Assembly (NCBI GenBank): GCA_002269645.1
Contig: NIVC01000413.1
Location: 248,001 to 312,000 of the forward strand
Length of the DNA stretch: 64,000 bases
From: Macrostomum lignano
Taxonomy: Eukaryota
Reading direction: 5' to 3'
Made by a program: the position numbers and the translations under genes. The notes under the pieces are model-generated. The model had not been told where the DNA came from. It was given only the letters and a program-made list of their open reading frames with translations, and made no database searches. This document shows, piece after piece, positions 50,621 to 63,100 of this stretch (the first letter of the stretch is position 1; every line of letters starts with the position of its first letter).

Positions 50621-52437
50621 ATGCGAAAAATATGTACATTCGGTTGTTCGTTTTTGTTCTGCATTTCGTTAATTGTCTTCACAAAGTAAGCACAGAAATT
50701 ATTTTAAAATTCATTTTGTTAAATATTAAGCTGCATTACCTTTTATCTTTTTTATTATAATAATCAGCAGGTGTGAAACAGCTGATGCTGCTAATCGAAC
50801 AGCTTGCAGCAGGGGCAGGCTCAGTTTCCATGGCAACTGCTACTATAGAAGCGATGCAATCATGAATTTGACAGACTTCATCAGCTCCGTCATCGGAGGT
50901 GATGCTGAGCTGGCCAGCTTCTCCAGTACAGATGAGCTTGACGAGTTCCTTGCTGTCAGTGAGTTTTGGGTTTCATTTATGCATATATAAAACATATTTT
51001 TGTATCATATTGACTCAACGGAGAATATTGGAATGAAATCTTCACGAACTTATTTGCTATCAAAGTTTCAGGCAAATCACTGAATCATTTGTTCGAGAAC
51101 AGCTCATCAATCAGACTTGGCCTGCTATACGAACCAGCTGATGACATCCTGCTTGGCCTGAGCAGAAATCAGAGCGGCGCCTGCGGACTGGTTCCCATTG
51201 GAAATTTGTCGGAGCTGCATGACGTGAGTTAAAAGATACTCTTGAATGTATAATTTATGTCATTTTTTATTTTAATACTTTTAAGTATATCTAAACTCTT
51301 GAGGTGCGACATTTTTGTGTTTCAAGGACTCTTTAAAGTCGAAGTCACCACTATTGAGTCGTCAGGAGCGTCACTTTAATCACAGGGCGCCACTTTGGGT
51401 CTCAGGGCGCTATTTTAAATCTCAGGGCGCTACTTTCGGTCTCAGGGCGCCACTTTGAGTCTCAGGGCGCCACTTTAGGTCTCAAGGTGTCACTTTGGGT
51501 CTCAGGATGTCATTTTGGGTCTCAGGGCGCTCGCTATACTTTGGGTCTCAGGATGTCATTTTGGGTCTCAGGGCGCTCGCTATACTTTGGGTCTCAAGGC
51601 GCCACTTTGGATCTCAGGGCGCCACTTTGGGTCTCAGAGGGCATCACTTTGGGTCTCAGAGGGCGCCACTTTGGGTCTCAGAGGGCGCCACTTTGGGTCT
51701 CAGGGCGCCACTTTGGGTCTCAGAGGGCGCCACTTTGGGTCTCAGAGGGCGCCACTTTGGGTCTCAGGGTGCCACTTTGGGTCTCAGGGCGCTATTTTGG
51801 GTCTCAGGGCGCTATTTTGGGTCTCAGGGCGCTACTTTGGGTCTCAGGGTGCTGCTTTAAGTCTCATATCGCCAATTTGAGTCTTAGGACACCGATTTGG
51901 TCTCGGGCCGGTATAATTCGTCGAGTAATTAATAATTAATAACAATTTTTTGAACTTTGATTTAGCAGGCATTCTGTCAGCGTCGCAGCCGGCCCGTGCG
52001 CCTTTCTACTAAAAGCGGCAGACGACGGCAAACCGGCTCTTGGTTTCGGCAACTGCAGCGTCCCAAGGCCTTCGCTGGTCGTAGAGCCTGACTTCATCAC
52101 TGCTCAAGCATCGGAGCGTAGCAGCTGCAATCAATCCGATTTGTTGCAGAGAATTCGTCTTTTAGAAGAAACCGGCGTCTTTAATTCGGTTGGAAAGATA
52201 CTGCAGAGTACAAGTTCTCGCTGGGAAAATGCAGCTCTCTATGGCTCCATCATCACACTGCTACCAATTTTTGTGTTATTAATTTTACTGTTTGTCAAGT
52301 GGGTTATTTTGACCTACTTTTTTGACTATCTGCCAAACTCTGTACAGAAACTTTGGTTCATGCGAACTGCGGATGGTAACATTCTTGGAGGCTATGCAGT
52401 TGTTAAGCCATCAAAGTCGGGTGTGCGAATTGTGTAA
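50621..52437 (+). CDS. Receptor gene B: signal + CTLD-like + TM, no CUB-like domain; exons 50621-50685, 50771-50958, 51072-51223, 51969-52437
   Basis: Signal MRKICTFGCSFLFCISLIVFTKC, then FHGNCY...AELASFSS and TM IITLLPIFVLLILLFV. The last junction has a phase mismatch (0 vs 2), so the gene may be disrupted or the model incomplete. Confidence 0.6.
51380..51860. repeat. 20-22-bp minisatellite (CAGGGCGCCACTTTGGGTCT), intron of gene B
   Basis: About 22 tandem units. Confidence 0.93.
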
Positions 52438-53625
52438 ATTAAAATTGTTGCGTTAACAAAAACAAACAATAGAATCAATAAACTAGTATTTCTTCGAAAA
52501 ATGTAAATAGTTTCTACTAACGCAGGAGAGTTCAAATTTTGTTGCATAATTAAAAAGTAATTGTCTAGCTTGTGTGTGCCATGGTGTTACATTCTAGTTC
52601 GTACTTAATTACCTGTAGGTGCAATGTAAAAAAATCTTTAAATTATCTTTCTTAACTAACTATACGAGACTCTACGATGTTGTAGCTCGTTCACAGGCTA
52701 ATTGAAGTCCAATTAGTATTACAATGTTTACATAAAAGACTAAAAATTGCACTTTTAATATGAGTATCATTTCTTGGAAACAAAATCTAACTTAATTAAC
52801 AAGCTAACATGCTTGTGCAGTATGCAACTAACAATATAGAATTAACTTAAGTGAAAATCCTCTCAAATTAATAACGAATACTGCATCCCACGGTTATATC
52901 GAATAGCATTACACGTACATTTGAGCGGCACTGAATGCTGTTTGTGAGACCATTCGTCAGGACTTCTTTAGGACGTTGCTATGCTTACGAGAACACTACT
53001 CGTAGAACACTACTTTAACAAAATTTGACAGAAGTTCGACAGAGATACGAGGTTGCACCCGGGTTCGTATATAAACAGATCATGGAAATAGTGTGAAACA
53101 CTCAAATTTCCCACTACAGCAACGCAGTTTGTGCGAAAACTTTTCAGTACGCAACTGCATACAGTTGTACGACTCGTACACGCAGTTGTCAGATTTATAT
53201 TTTCTTTTGCTATTCGCAGAATCATCCACAAAGCAGACTAATTGCGCATGCATCTAGAAAGCAAGTTGGTATCGACAGATCTCGCGCAAAAGTTGCAGCT
53301 TGAAAATCATTGGCTGTTTGTTGTGCCAGCAATCTTTGAACCCGTCGGCAGCATGTTGACCAAATCGCGTTGGGGTCAAACATTGGGAATCTTTTCAGAG
53401 CTCTACGTTTTAACCAGCTCTAATTTTAGGCCGATCATTTGATTGCCGACTATTAAAATTCTCGAAGATAAAATTCGTTCATATTCACCGATTTCAACAC
53501 ATAATCGGTTACATAATCTTAAGAGTCTTACTTACACCATTCTTAATTCTAGCTCGAGTCGCTTTTGTGTCTTGAATACAATACCATATTTATTAGCATG
53601 CCATAATTTAAATAGCGTGACATGT

Positions 53626-53665
<40 letters not shown>

Positions 53666-55430
53666 GTATAACAGACTGTCATTCAGTTCACTAGCACGTC
53701 AGTGTCACATAAGTACGCCTCAGAGCCTAGGCGCAAACGTAGACCGAATCCGGGGCATGAACTGCTGACAACGTGCAAAGGTTCAGTCCCCTGTCTGTCA
53801 GCGCCTCAACACAAAGGCATTGGTGTCGTCCTGCATGCAGAGCGCGATGGCCCTCTATGTGTTGACCACCAGATACGCATTCGCTGCAACAGCAAACAGA
53901 CTGTCCTGGTGTTGCTGGGAGCCCTCGGTGGTTGAGGATATACCTGAAGCACCCTAGGGAATGTCTTAAAGAAGGTCGAAAGGGAGTCCCGTATTGATGC
54001 AGCACTTTAGTGCCGAAATGGCGAAAACTATAGTTGCTCTTTTACATCGCACACACCTTTGAGAGCATGGCTCAGACGACCAAGTCGAATACCTTCTGGA
54101 AAACAGCAAAGAAAAAATTCAATCAGGATCGACTGGCGCATCTGCGTCAACTCGATGACTCGGAAAAAGTACCAGGATTTGCGCCACTCTGTCGCGATAG
54201 GGGCCGCGAAACCGTTCTGCTCAGGTAGCAGGTACGGATCCAGCACGGGCTGCAACCACAACAGCATCCGGTTGAACAAATTCGCAGCCCAGGACTGAGG
54301 GTCCGACTTCTTAAGAATAGCGGCGATGTGTTTCCCCCACTCTGGCGACCTTATTGGCTACATGGTTTATCCGCAATACCTTGACCTTGTCTAGCACCTT
54401 GTCCGGATCCAGTGCTTTCCCGCCTGACGACTGTTAGGTGAGCTTTACAAAGTCGCCTGTACTGACTGCTGCTACACTGAAATTCTCCTCCACGAATGAC
54501 GCCTCTGGCGACAAAGTCAGATTGTCTGGTATTGTCTGGAATTTGCCGCTTTCGCCCCCGTCAGAGCGTTAATGGAGGATCAGGCGATGCGCCCTCTGAC
54601 ATCTAGTCCTGGGTGCTCAAACGGAGCCTATCCAGCTCTTCCCTTGCTTGCTAAATCGTGGGTTGTCCTGGTCGCATCAGCCTATTCCATGGGGGAGGGG
54701 GGCTCTAACTGCAGCTCTAGCAAAGCGGCGGCGGTGCATTGTCGGTGTCCCTGAGAGTGCGGTAGTAGCACCACGGCGGCGAATGGTAGAGCGGATCGCA
54801 AAGCCGAAGGTTGCAGACGGATCGGATTGCAAAGCCAATGGTGTGATGGCTCGGCAGTAAGCGCTCACAAAAGTGCACAAGCTTATAATCGAGCTGTGTC
54901 CATTCCATTTTGAATTTCGGCCGCCGCGTTCGTTTCACCGCCTCCTTTGGCGGCCCATGAAGGTCGCGTCCTACCTCTCCAGGTTCTCCAGTGCTTTAGT
55001 TCTCCCATTTCTGCCATCACGAACAGTTATCGCTCGGACCTGCGCAGAACGCGTTCAGGCATCCGAGTTCAACCCCTGTGTCTCGCTTGCCTCCCCCTGC
55101 ACCAAGAGCTACTCGAAAACTCGTTCCAGCCAGACGTCAACCTGAAGTACAAGCTAGCAATTGAACAATACCATTGGTCCACCGATGTGTAGTAGAAGAT
55201 TCATCCGGTGCCTAAGTCTTCATGGTGAAGTCCTGAGTCAGCCTTGACGCTAGCGAGTACGACTGGGGCTCGACACAATTAAGCCTAGTGACCCCGGCGC
55301 TACCTGGAAGATCCGTAGGGACCAGCACGGCAGCAGCATGGCGTTCGCTTTGCTGCCTTCGCGTGGTGCGGGTGGTTTGTTAGCCGCTACGGCAGTGAAT
55401 GCGGCTCTCTGTCTTGACCACTGGGAGGGT
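53626..55430 (-). mobile_element. Degenerate RTE-like non-LTR retrotransposon with a (GTT)n tail
   Basis: Frameshifted endonuclease (QLDY) and RT fragments (FNRMLL...LDPYLLPEQNGF; a VLQGDSLS-like segment). (AAC)n at 53626-53664. The 5' boundary is approximate. Confidence 0.8.
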
Positions 55431-56183
55431 GCCAGAAGTTAAGTTAATGTACATGTTATAGATTTGTGGCAGTCAAATTGGAGCAGTCAAATGTCGTCTA
55501 CCAACTGGGCTGACAATATAAATTCAAACAAAATTCAAATACAGCTATAAGTCTTTAGAAGAATGTGAATTGTTAATATAAATGGGTACCATATATATCC
55601 CAGTTGAATCTTCCTTTATCTCTAAATTTAGTCTCGTTCTCCTGTGAATCCATCATAATTTGTTTCGAATGGATCGGTTATATTTATACATAGTACATAC
55701 TCCTATGTAGAGAGTAGTGACTCATGGTTTACTCTCTCTTGAGCCCAATGGAGTGTACGGCTTGTAAAATTATAAGCCATACACTCCATTCCATACACTC
55801 CGTACACTCCGTCGCTCTGTTACTCAGTCGTTCTGTTACTCCGCTTTTCCTTTCTATATTTTCCGTCTACATGTGCCGTAGCTGTACATTCGTTCTCATT
55901 TTCAGTCCTCCTAGCCTAAAGGAGGCAGCCACTGGCTCTTAATCCAAGCCTTTTCTCTTCTGATTGCAAGTGAGAAAGTTCTTCTATATTGTGTCTACAC
56001 TGTACAGTAGGGCAGCGTACAATTTGAGCGTACAGGAGAAATACATAAAAAGCATTCGCAGAAACAGTATGCTTTTCCATTCTGTTTAGCAAAACAGTAC
56101 AATACTGACACGAAAAACTTTCCGCCAAGTAGGTTCTCAGCATTCTACTGGCTTATGAAGGCCAGATACTCATGCATAACGAT

Positions 56184-59017
56184 ATGGTAAGTGTTCCTGT
56201 CTTGTTTGCAAAGAAAGAGTTTATTTAGGAATATCAGTTGACAGTAAAGTCAGTTGTTAAGCAAAAAAACAAGGAACTAAAAACGTACAAAAGCCTATTT
56301 ACTGTCGATCGGTTTCGATTGTCTAATCTCAAATTACAAGCTACTTAAATTTAGTTAAAACATACTGTATATGCACAAAGCAAGTGATAAGGTCGACCCA
56401 CTGTTTTGAGTTATGCTGCCCAACAACAACCTTTCCCGTGCTCAAATGATAAGATACCTAAATAAGGAGTTGGAGATTTGGCTATATTAAGATGTGACTC
56501 CTACCTACAGTAACTTGTAAATATACCTGTAATATACCTATAATAGCTACTGATCACCAGCCAGCACGATAGAATGACAAGTTTTCGAACGAACATGGTG
56601 GTTGATTTAATTCGCCGAATTTTTCAGAGTCAAAGATGCGATCCTGTGCTTGTCCTGCTACTACTAACGTGTTTAAAGTAAGTGTTCTAGCGTGATTAGG
56701 TGTGGAGGTGTTACTACGAACTAAAAATATGGTTTTCTGTTCATCTCTGTACCTAATTTTGAGCAACTTTGTACCTACTTCCTCAATAATCTAAGCGTGA
56801 CAACGAATTGCCTATGGCTCGCTAGTTTAGTTTAGTATGGTTTAGTTAGTTTAGTTTGCTAGCAAACTCGATGGCTAAATTTACCTGAAGCAACTAGGAA
56901 TACAGATAGATTGATGTCGGTCCAGACTTTTTAATGTACCTGCAAAACTTCCACGCATTCCACCTTCAAGATTCCAATGCGAGGCCGCGAATCACTACTG
57001 CAACAATAATATGATCAGGCCAGTAAAAATTGACGAATTACAAAACCAAGAGGAAACGATTGTCCCTGTGATATTTGGTGAGAGCGGCGACTCTGAACTG
57101 AGCTACAAGAGCTGCCGATGGAACATTGACAGTTCTGTGACAAGAAAAGAAATACCGCTAGTCCTTCAGGGAGTGACCATGGATGCCACAGTGGACAAAA
57201 GTTTGCCACCGCCAAAAGGCGAGCAGAAACGTCCTGCAGACTTTGTCGTAAATTACAACGGTGGAAAAGTTCCTGTGGCGGCTGGAATGTTTTTCGCTTT
57301 GCCCATCGGACAGCTGTAAGTAGAGAATACTTTCCAGTAAAGGCATATAATTAGTGATCAAAAAAGGCAAGCTGCAATTTGATTTGATGCTTCAGACTGC
57401 CGCTCACTGTGGAAGCCAGTTGGGACCCGAGGTACCAACGTGCCGCCCAGGTAAAGCTCAAACTCCTGCTGATTCTCCCTGGACTCTGCCACAGAGACAT
57501 GCTCGGCTTTAAAGGAAACTGCTACGCTGTGAGCAAAGTCAGAGCCAATGTGACAGCCGCAATGTCCAGCATCAGAGGCGATGCTCAGCTGGCCAGCTTC
57601 TCCAGCATGACTGAAATCCATAATTTTACAATTGCAAGTGAGTTGTTGAAAATAAAGCAAATGTATTCTACCTTTTCCGATTTCTATTCTAATTTAACAT
57701 TGCAAACGTTTCAGACACAGCCAGACTGTCGGTACATCCGTACAGACGGCCCCTGAGCCTGAGCCAGCCAGTGCGGCTCGGCATGTTCTACAGTGCAGCC
57801 AATGCCTCAGTGATTTCTCCTAAAAGAAACCGCTATGGTGCGTGTGAACTGGAGCCGGTTGCCACAGCCGAGGAGTTTGTGTGAGTCAGCAATGAAAATG
57901 GCTGCTGCCTTGTTTTTATTTATATAAAAGTCCATTCTAAAACTTCAAGTATTTCTTGCCTTTCAGTGGATCAGCTGCAGTGTCAGGTCCATGCTCAACC
58001 CTGAAAGTTGATGCATCAGACAAAGCGTATGTCGAGTTTAGGAACTGTAGCAGTTCAATGCTAATTCTCATAAGTTTTCCAGAGAGCAGAAGCGCTGACC
58101 GTGATCTCACAAGCTGCAATACTCAGGCTGTCGTTACAGCCATTTCAGAACTATTGCAAAGGGCTGCTAACTTCATTTCAACGATTACTAAACCATCTAG
58201 CACAGCATTGCCTACTACCATGTCAACGCTGCTGGTCGAAACAACACCAGAAAGTTCTCAAACCAATCTGCCAATAATAGTTGCAGTCATCTGTGCAGTT
58301 GTTGCCGTTTTGCTTGGATCTTCTGTATTATATTTCGTGCTTAAAAAGAAGAGGCGAAAAAGGCAAAGAAGAGCAGCAATACAGAATGATAGCAAAAATG
58401 AAAAGGAAATAGAAAAGGGAGAAGGTTCTGCTTTAGTGGCTTATGTAAGCGAGCCGCCTCTGCCGAATGCGCCATCCAACGCATCTTCAGATTTACATGT
58501 GCAGCCTGGGCTCTCAGCTGATCCATCTGGTGAAAAGACTGCCAAATCAACTGAAAATTCGAAACATGTCACCTTTGAGGATCCAGAGGAGTACACAACA
58601 GGTTTGATGAGTCAAAGTCACATGAAAGCCGTAAGTTCGGAACAGCATCGCAATCCAAATCCGAAAAATTCTGATGATTCAGAACAGTTCAAAGATCCAA
58701 ATCAAATAGTAAGCTCTAATCAGCATCAAGATACTCCAAGCCAGCCAATTTCCGAAGAAGACTTCCAGACGTGTCCTAATTTTGATTCAAACCAGATGGA
58801 AAGCATAAACTCTGATCAGCATCAAGATCCTCCAAGCCAGGCAATTTCCGAAGAAGACTTCCAGACGTGTCCTAATTTTGATTCAAACCAGATGGAAAGC
58901 ATAAACTCTGATCAGCATCAAGATCCTCCAAGCCAGCCAATTTCCGAAGAAGACTTCCAGACGTGTCCTAATTTTGATTCAAACCAGATGGCAAGCACGA
59001 GCTCTGATCAGCAATAG
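56184..59017 (+). CDS. Receptor gene C: signal + CUB-like + CTLD-like + TM + long acidic tail; exons 56184-56186, 56628-56677, 56971-57315, 57396-57637, 57715-57880, 57967-59017
   Basis: Phase-consistent GT-AG junctions, same pattern as gene A. Signal MSQRCDPVLVLLLLTCL. TM IIVAVICAVVAVLLGSSVLYFVL is followed by KKKRRKR. Confidence 0.85.
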
Positions 59018-60165
59018 ATTTGGGCTTCGTTGTCGATGAAGGAACTTGTTTGAAAAACGTGGCCGAGCTACCTGTATAAGACGTTTTTTACATATAAGAA
59101 CTGTTTAATGTTTCAATAATTGTTAAAACTTTGAAATTTCTCATTGATGCTTTTAAGATGTCTTTTTCCTTTCAATATGCTTCGTAAAGAACATACTTCT
59201 TTCGATAATTTCTAGCGAAATGGTTAGTCATTGAATTAAGATTCACGGTCAGTAGTACTCGTAAGATGATACTAATCATTATTCAGAATTTAAAATTGTT
59301 TTTTTAAATATGCTAAAGAATATGAGCGAGCTTAAGCTCTTACAAACCTTAGCTGCATAAGCTATAAATATATATGTATCCCAATAAACCATTCGTGAGA
59401 AATACTATAGCCTACAAAGAATGGTCTTCTGTAATTTGATTCTAAACGTGCGTTTAAGCCTCTATAAAAAATTACTGTATGGTTCTAATGCTCAGTGATT
59501 GGCTTTGACAAAGAGTACAGCTGTGAAGTTCCGTATTGTGTGTAGTCCGAGTTTCACTAATGCCGGAGGTAACTCTAGAAAATTTACCGACTTCATATTA
59601 AACCCGAAAATGTAAGGCAAATGTGTGTGCTGATATTTGGTATGCAAACATACAATGCTACTAGCTACTTGGCATCTTTGTCAGCTCATAATACACCCGT
59701 ATTACTAAGAATGAGAATGAGCAGCAGAGGTGAATAATTAAGCAATACTCAGCTACTCGAGTCCTATTCTCTGTCTCTCCGTCTCTCTTTCAATTTGAGT
59801 GAGCTCTGCAACGCGCTTCATCTTCTCTCAGCTCCAATTCCAGCCTCTCCATTTTAGCTTTTTCTGTTTTCCTGTCAGCTATCTTCCTGCAGTAGCTAGT
59901 TAAGCCTAGCTCTTTTGCTCAAAAACTTTTCTTCATTGTCTATTCGCTGTACAATCAAACTATTCACGTCTTCAAGTGAGTTTTGTACAATGAAATTCTC
60001 AGCTCGATCTTTTGCACAGCTGTGCAAGGATTTAATAGCATAGGTTGTAAAAAGGCTAGGTTATCTTTCGACGTCTCAGTTGTAATATCACAGAAAAGCC
60101 ACAAGTACGACGACACTATATTCACTGAATTTGCTAGCAGAAAATTTGTTCGGTCTGTCCTAAAT

Positions 60166-63100
60166 ATGGTAAGTTTGTAGTCATCGGGCTTTTATTTTTG
60201 TGCTCCAATATCTTAGGAGCTATTTGAGAAAATTTTGCTGGTTAAAAAATCAATTTGTCAAATACTGTAGTATAGCATAACAATATTTTCAACTTAATTT
60301 ATTGATCCAATTGTTGTGTAGTGACTAAAATGATTAGTTTAGTCAAAAAACGAATTGTACTAGACATATTTTTACAGATTTATTGCTTAGCGCATTTTCC
60401 TTACCTGTGTTCAGAGTAGGGGTGTTTGGGTTTCCATTTTTTCCGGGTTCGGACCCCGAACCCAAAACCCGACCCGGACCGAAACCCGACCCGTCCCGAC
60501 CCCGAACTTTCCCTAAAAGAAGAACGCTTCATCGCAGGCTTTCCGTGATCTTTTTTTCCAAGAGTGACAACTGAAGGGAGTTGCTCGTCAAGAGGTACTT
60601 CTAGTAGTCTACTTCTCGTTTTCATTGCAGTCCTGGCTCCTTACTCCTATTTCTAGTCATTAGCTAGCAATTTTAAGTCTTCACTCCTCTCCTCCCTATA
60701 ATTTGACTCCTCATTCTTAAGATCTAAGCATTGACTTTAACATCCACTTATCCTAATGTTTACCAACTTGGGTTTAAGTTGTCATTGTTAGCGCAACCTC
60801 CGAGTGCAGCTTAATGAAGAATTGGAAAATAAAGGTTAAACACCCTTAAATCTTTAATTCATGTCTTTAATAAAAATGTTTGTAATTAAAAATAAAGGGA
60901 TTTTTGAAATCCACAAGCATAGTCCAGAGGCCAGCCAGAATCCATAGATTCATAGATTTTATCCGTAGAACCCTAAATTTGTAATTGAAAACTTAAATTC
61001 AAGCATTTTCGAAGTTTAAATATTCGCCTTTTTATGCTTAAAAGCGTTACATAACGGCTAGGAAAAATTTATTTAAAAAAAGTTTATTTATCCTTTGAAC
61101 CCGAAAACCCCGAAAACCCGAAAACCTAACCCCGAACCCGATACCCGACCCGAACACCCTACACCGACCCCGAACCCAGTACCAAAACCCGACCCGACCC
61201 CGAACCCCGAACACCCCTAGTTCAGAGTAAACTCAGCCGTTAACGCGACTAATTAAAAAGTGGTCTCCTTAGTTTGAGACTTTGCACGAAAATTGACTGA
61301 GGACTTTTGGAGTTCTTGCCAATGAGGGCCGTCCATTTGGCGCAGAGAGTTTGACGATTAAAAAGTTGGGGCTTCTGTACACCTTGCAAGCTAAACAATG
61401 AGATTCATTATCGCAGTAAAAATTGTTTTCGCTATTCTAGATTCGAACCTGTGCCCTAGCCATCTGCTGGCTCCTACTCGCGTGTCTCAAGTAAGCTCTT
61501 TTTTCCCACTTTGCTCTGCTCGTTCGATTTGCATTTGATCTTAGCATAGAAGTATCCAAACAGAAATAACCCACACAAACGCATAGATCCGAATGCCAGG
61601 CCGAAACATACTACTGCACAAACGGAGTCGTCAGTCCAATTACAATTGATATCAACAATGGAGACGTAAAAATCATTCCCGAAGTTCTTGGCGACACCAA
61701 TGACAACAGACCGTTGAGCAATCGAACCTGCCGATGGAGCATCAAGGCTGCTGCAACAGAAAATGACATGCAAAAACTTGTCTTGTTGGCAGAACCGATA
61801 AATTCAACAGCTGGATCTTCTCTGTCCATTAACAACGTGAAAAGTCAGGCGGATCTTGTCCTCAACAGCTCGGGAGGGCAACTTTTGGCAACTGCAGGGC
61901 TCTTTCTCGTCCGCCCAATCCGGCAGCTGTAAGTACTGAAAAATGCACATGTTGCTCATGAGTAAGGATCGTTTATGAGTTTAAATTACATGGCTAAGCA
62001 CATCAAACGGGTAATTTATTTGCTCAAGATAGTTAAAGATTCTAGAGGCTGATTTTAAAAACGCCTCCAAGAGGGTGACCTCTGTACCCCGGTGGGGAGG
62101 GCTGAATAAGCGCGCAAGACGCTACTGCCATTGCGTATATTTTTACAATATTTGACATAAGCGCGCACAGGCAGAAGCGCGCGAATGCGGCAGTGACACA
62201 AGAGCGCAGACAGTTTCGACGGCAGTCACCTCAAAGATAAGTCGATGACTGTGACCCAAGCCCAAGAGAAAAAAATCTAGCATTAAACAGGCATACGAAA
62301 CCAGTCGGGAATATATTTTTGGATATTTTTGGATCAAATACAAAGACGAACGATAAAGTAAAGTAAGCTGCCACTTAAAGTGATAATGCGCGCTTGTGTG
62401 TCACGTAGAGCAGTTTCAAAATGCGTGCTAATGTCATGCGCGCTCAATCCTGCGTCCCTCCGGTGCTCCAGCTCCCTTCAGAATAAATAATCAAATATTT
62501 ACCGAGTAGAGAGATGATGGGAAGAGAAATAAGAGAAAACGACATCAGCCAATCACAAACCGCTTCAACTTAGAAGACAGTACGAGTAGAATAAGACAGA
62601 TTGTGCGGTGAATTTAGCACAGGAAGGGCACAAGACAAGTCAGGCTTTAAAAGCCGCCAAACCTTGGTCTGACTGATAGGCTGAAGGGATAGATGCGAGC
62701 AGTCATCGAGCAGCCAGCCCTAAGTAAAAATATAAAAACCCCGCTAAAATTTAACAAACGTTGCCTTCAGGCTGCCGCTTACGGTGGAGGCCAGCTGGGA
62801 CCCAAGGTATCAACGTGCCGCCCAGGTAAAGCTGTGACTCCTGCTCATTCTCCCTGGACTCTGCCACAGGGACATGCTCGGCTTTAAAGGAAACTGCTAC
62901 GCTGTGAGCAAAGTCAGAGCGAATGTGACAGCCGCAATGTCCAGCATCAGAGGCGATGCTCAGCTGGCCAGCTTCTCCAGCATGTCTGAGATCCGCAGTC
63001 TGATTGCTGCAAGTGAGTTGTGACTCTGATAATTTGTTTTCAATTTCCATGACTACTTTATTATAAAAATGAGCATCAAAACGTTTCAGACACAGCCAGA

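Noticed and set aside
56370-56450. Cys-rich frame containing CCP in an intron of gene C
   Set aside because: The spacing is not ICK and no cysteines follow the CC pair.
45666-61490. Signal-peptide exons of genes A, C and D begin at phase-0 acceptors, and those of A and D have no in-frame ATG, suggesting that a trans-spliced leader supplies the AUG
   Set aside because: Each gene has an upstream cis exon ending ATG|GT (45587-45589, 56184-56186, 60166-60168), which explains the pattern without trans-splicing.
62835-62837. In-frame TGA in gene D as selenocysteine
   Set aside because: The aligned residue in the paralogs is Lys or Arg, not Cys; a point mutation or error is simpler.
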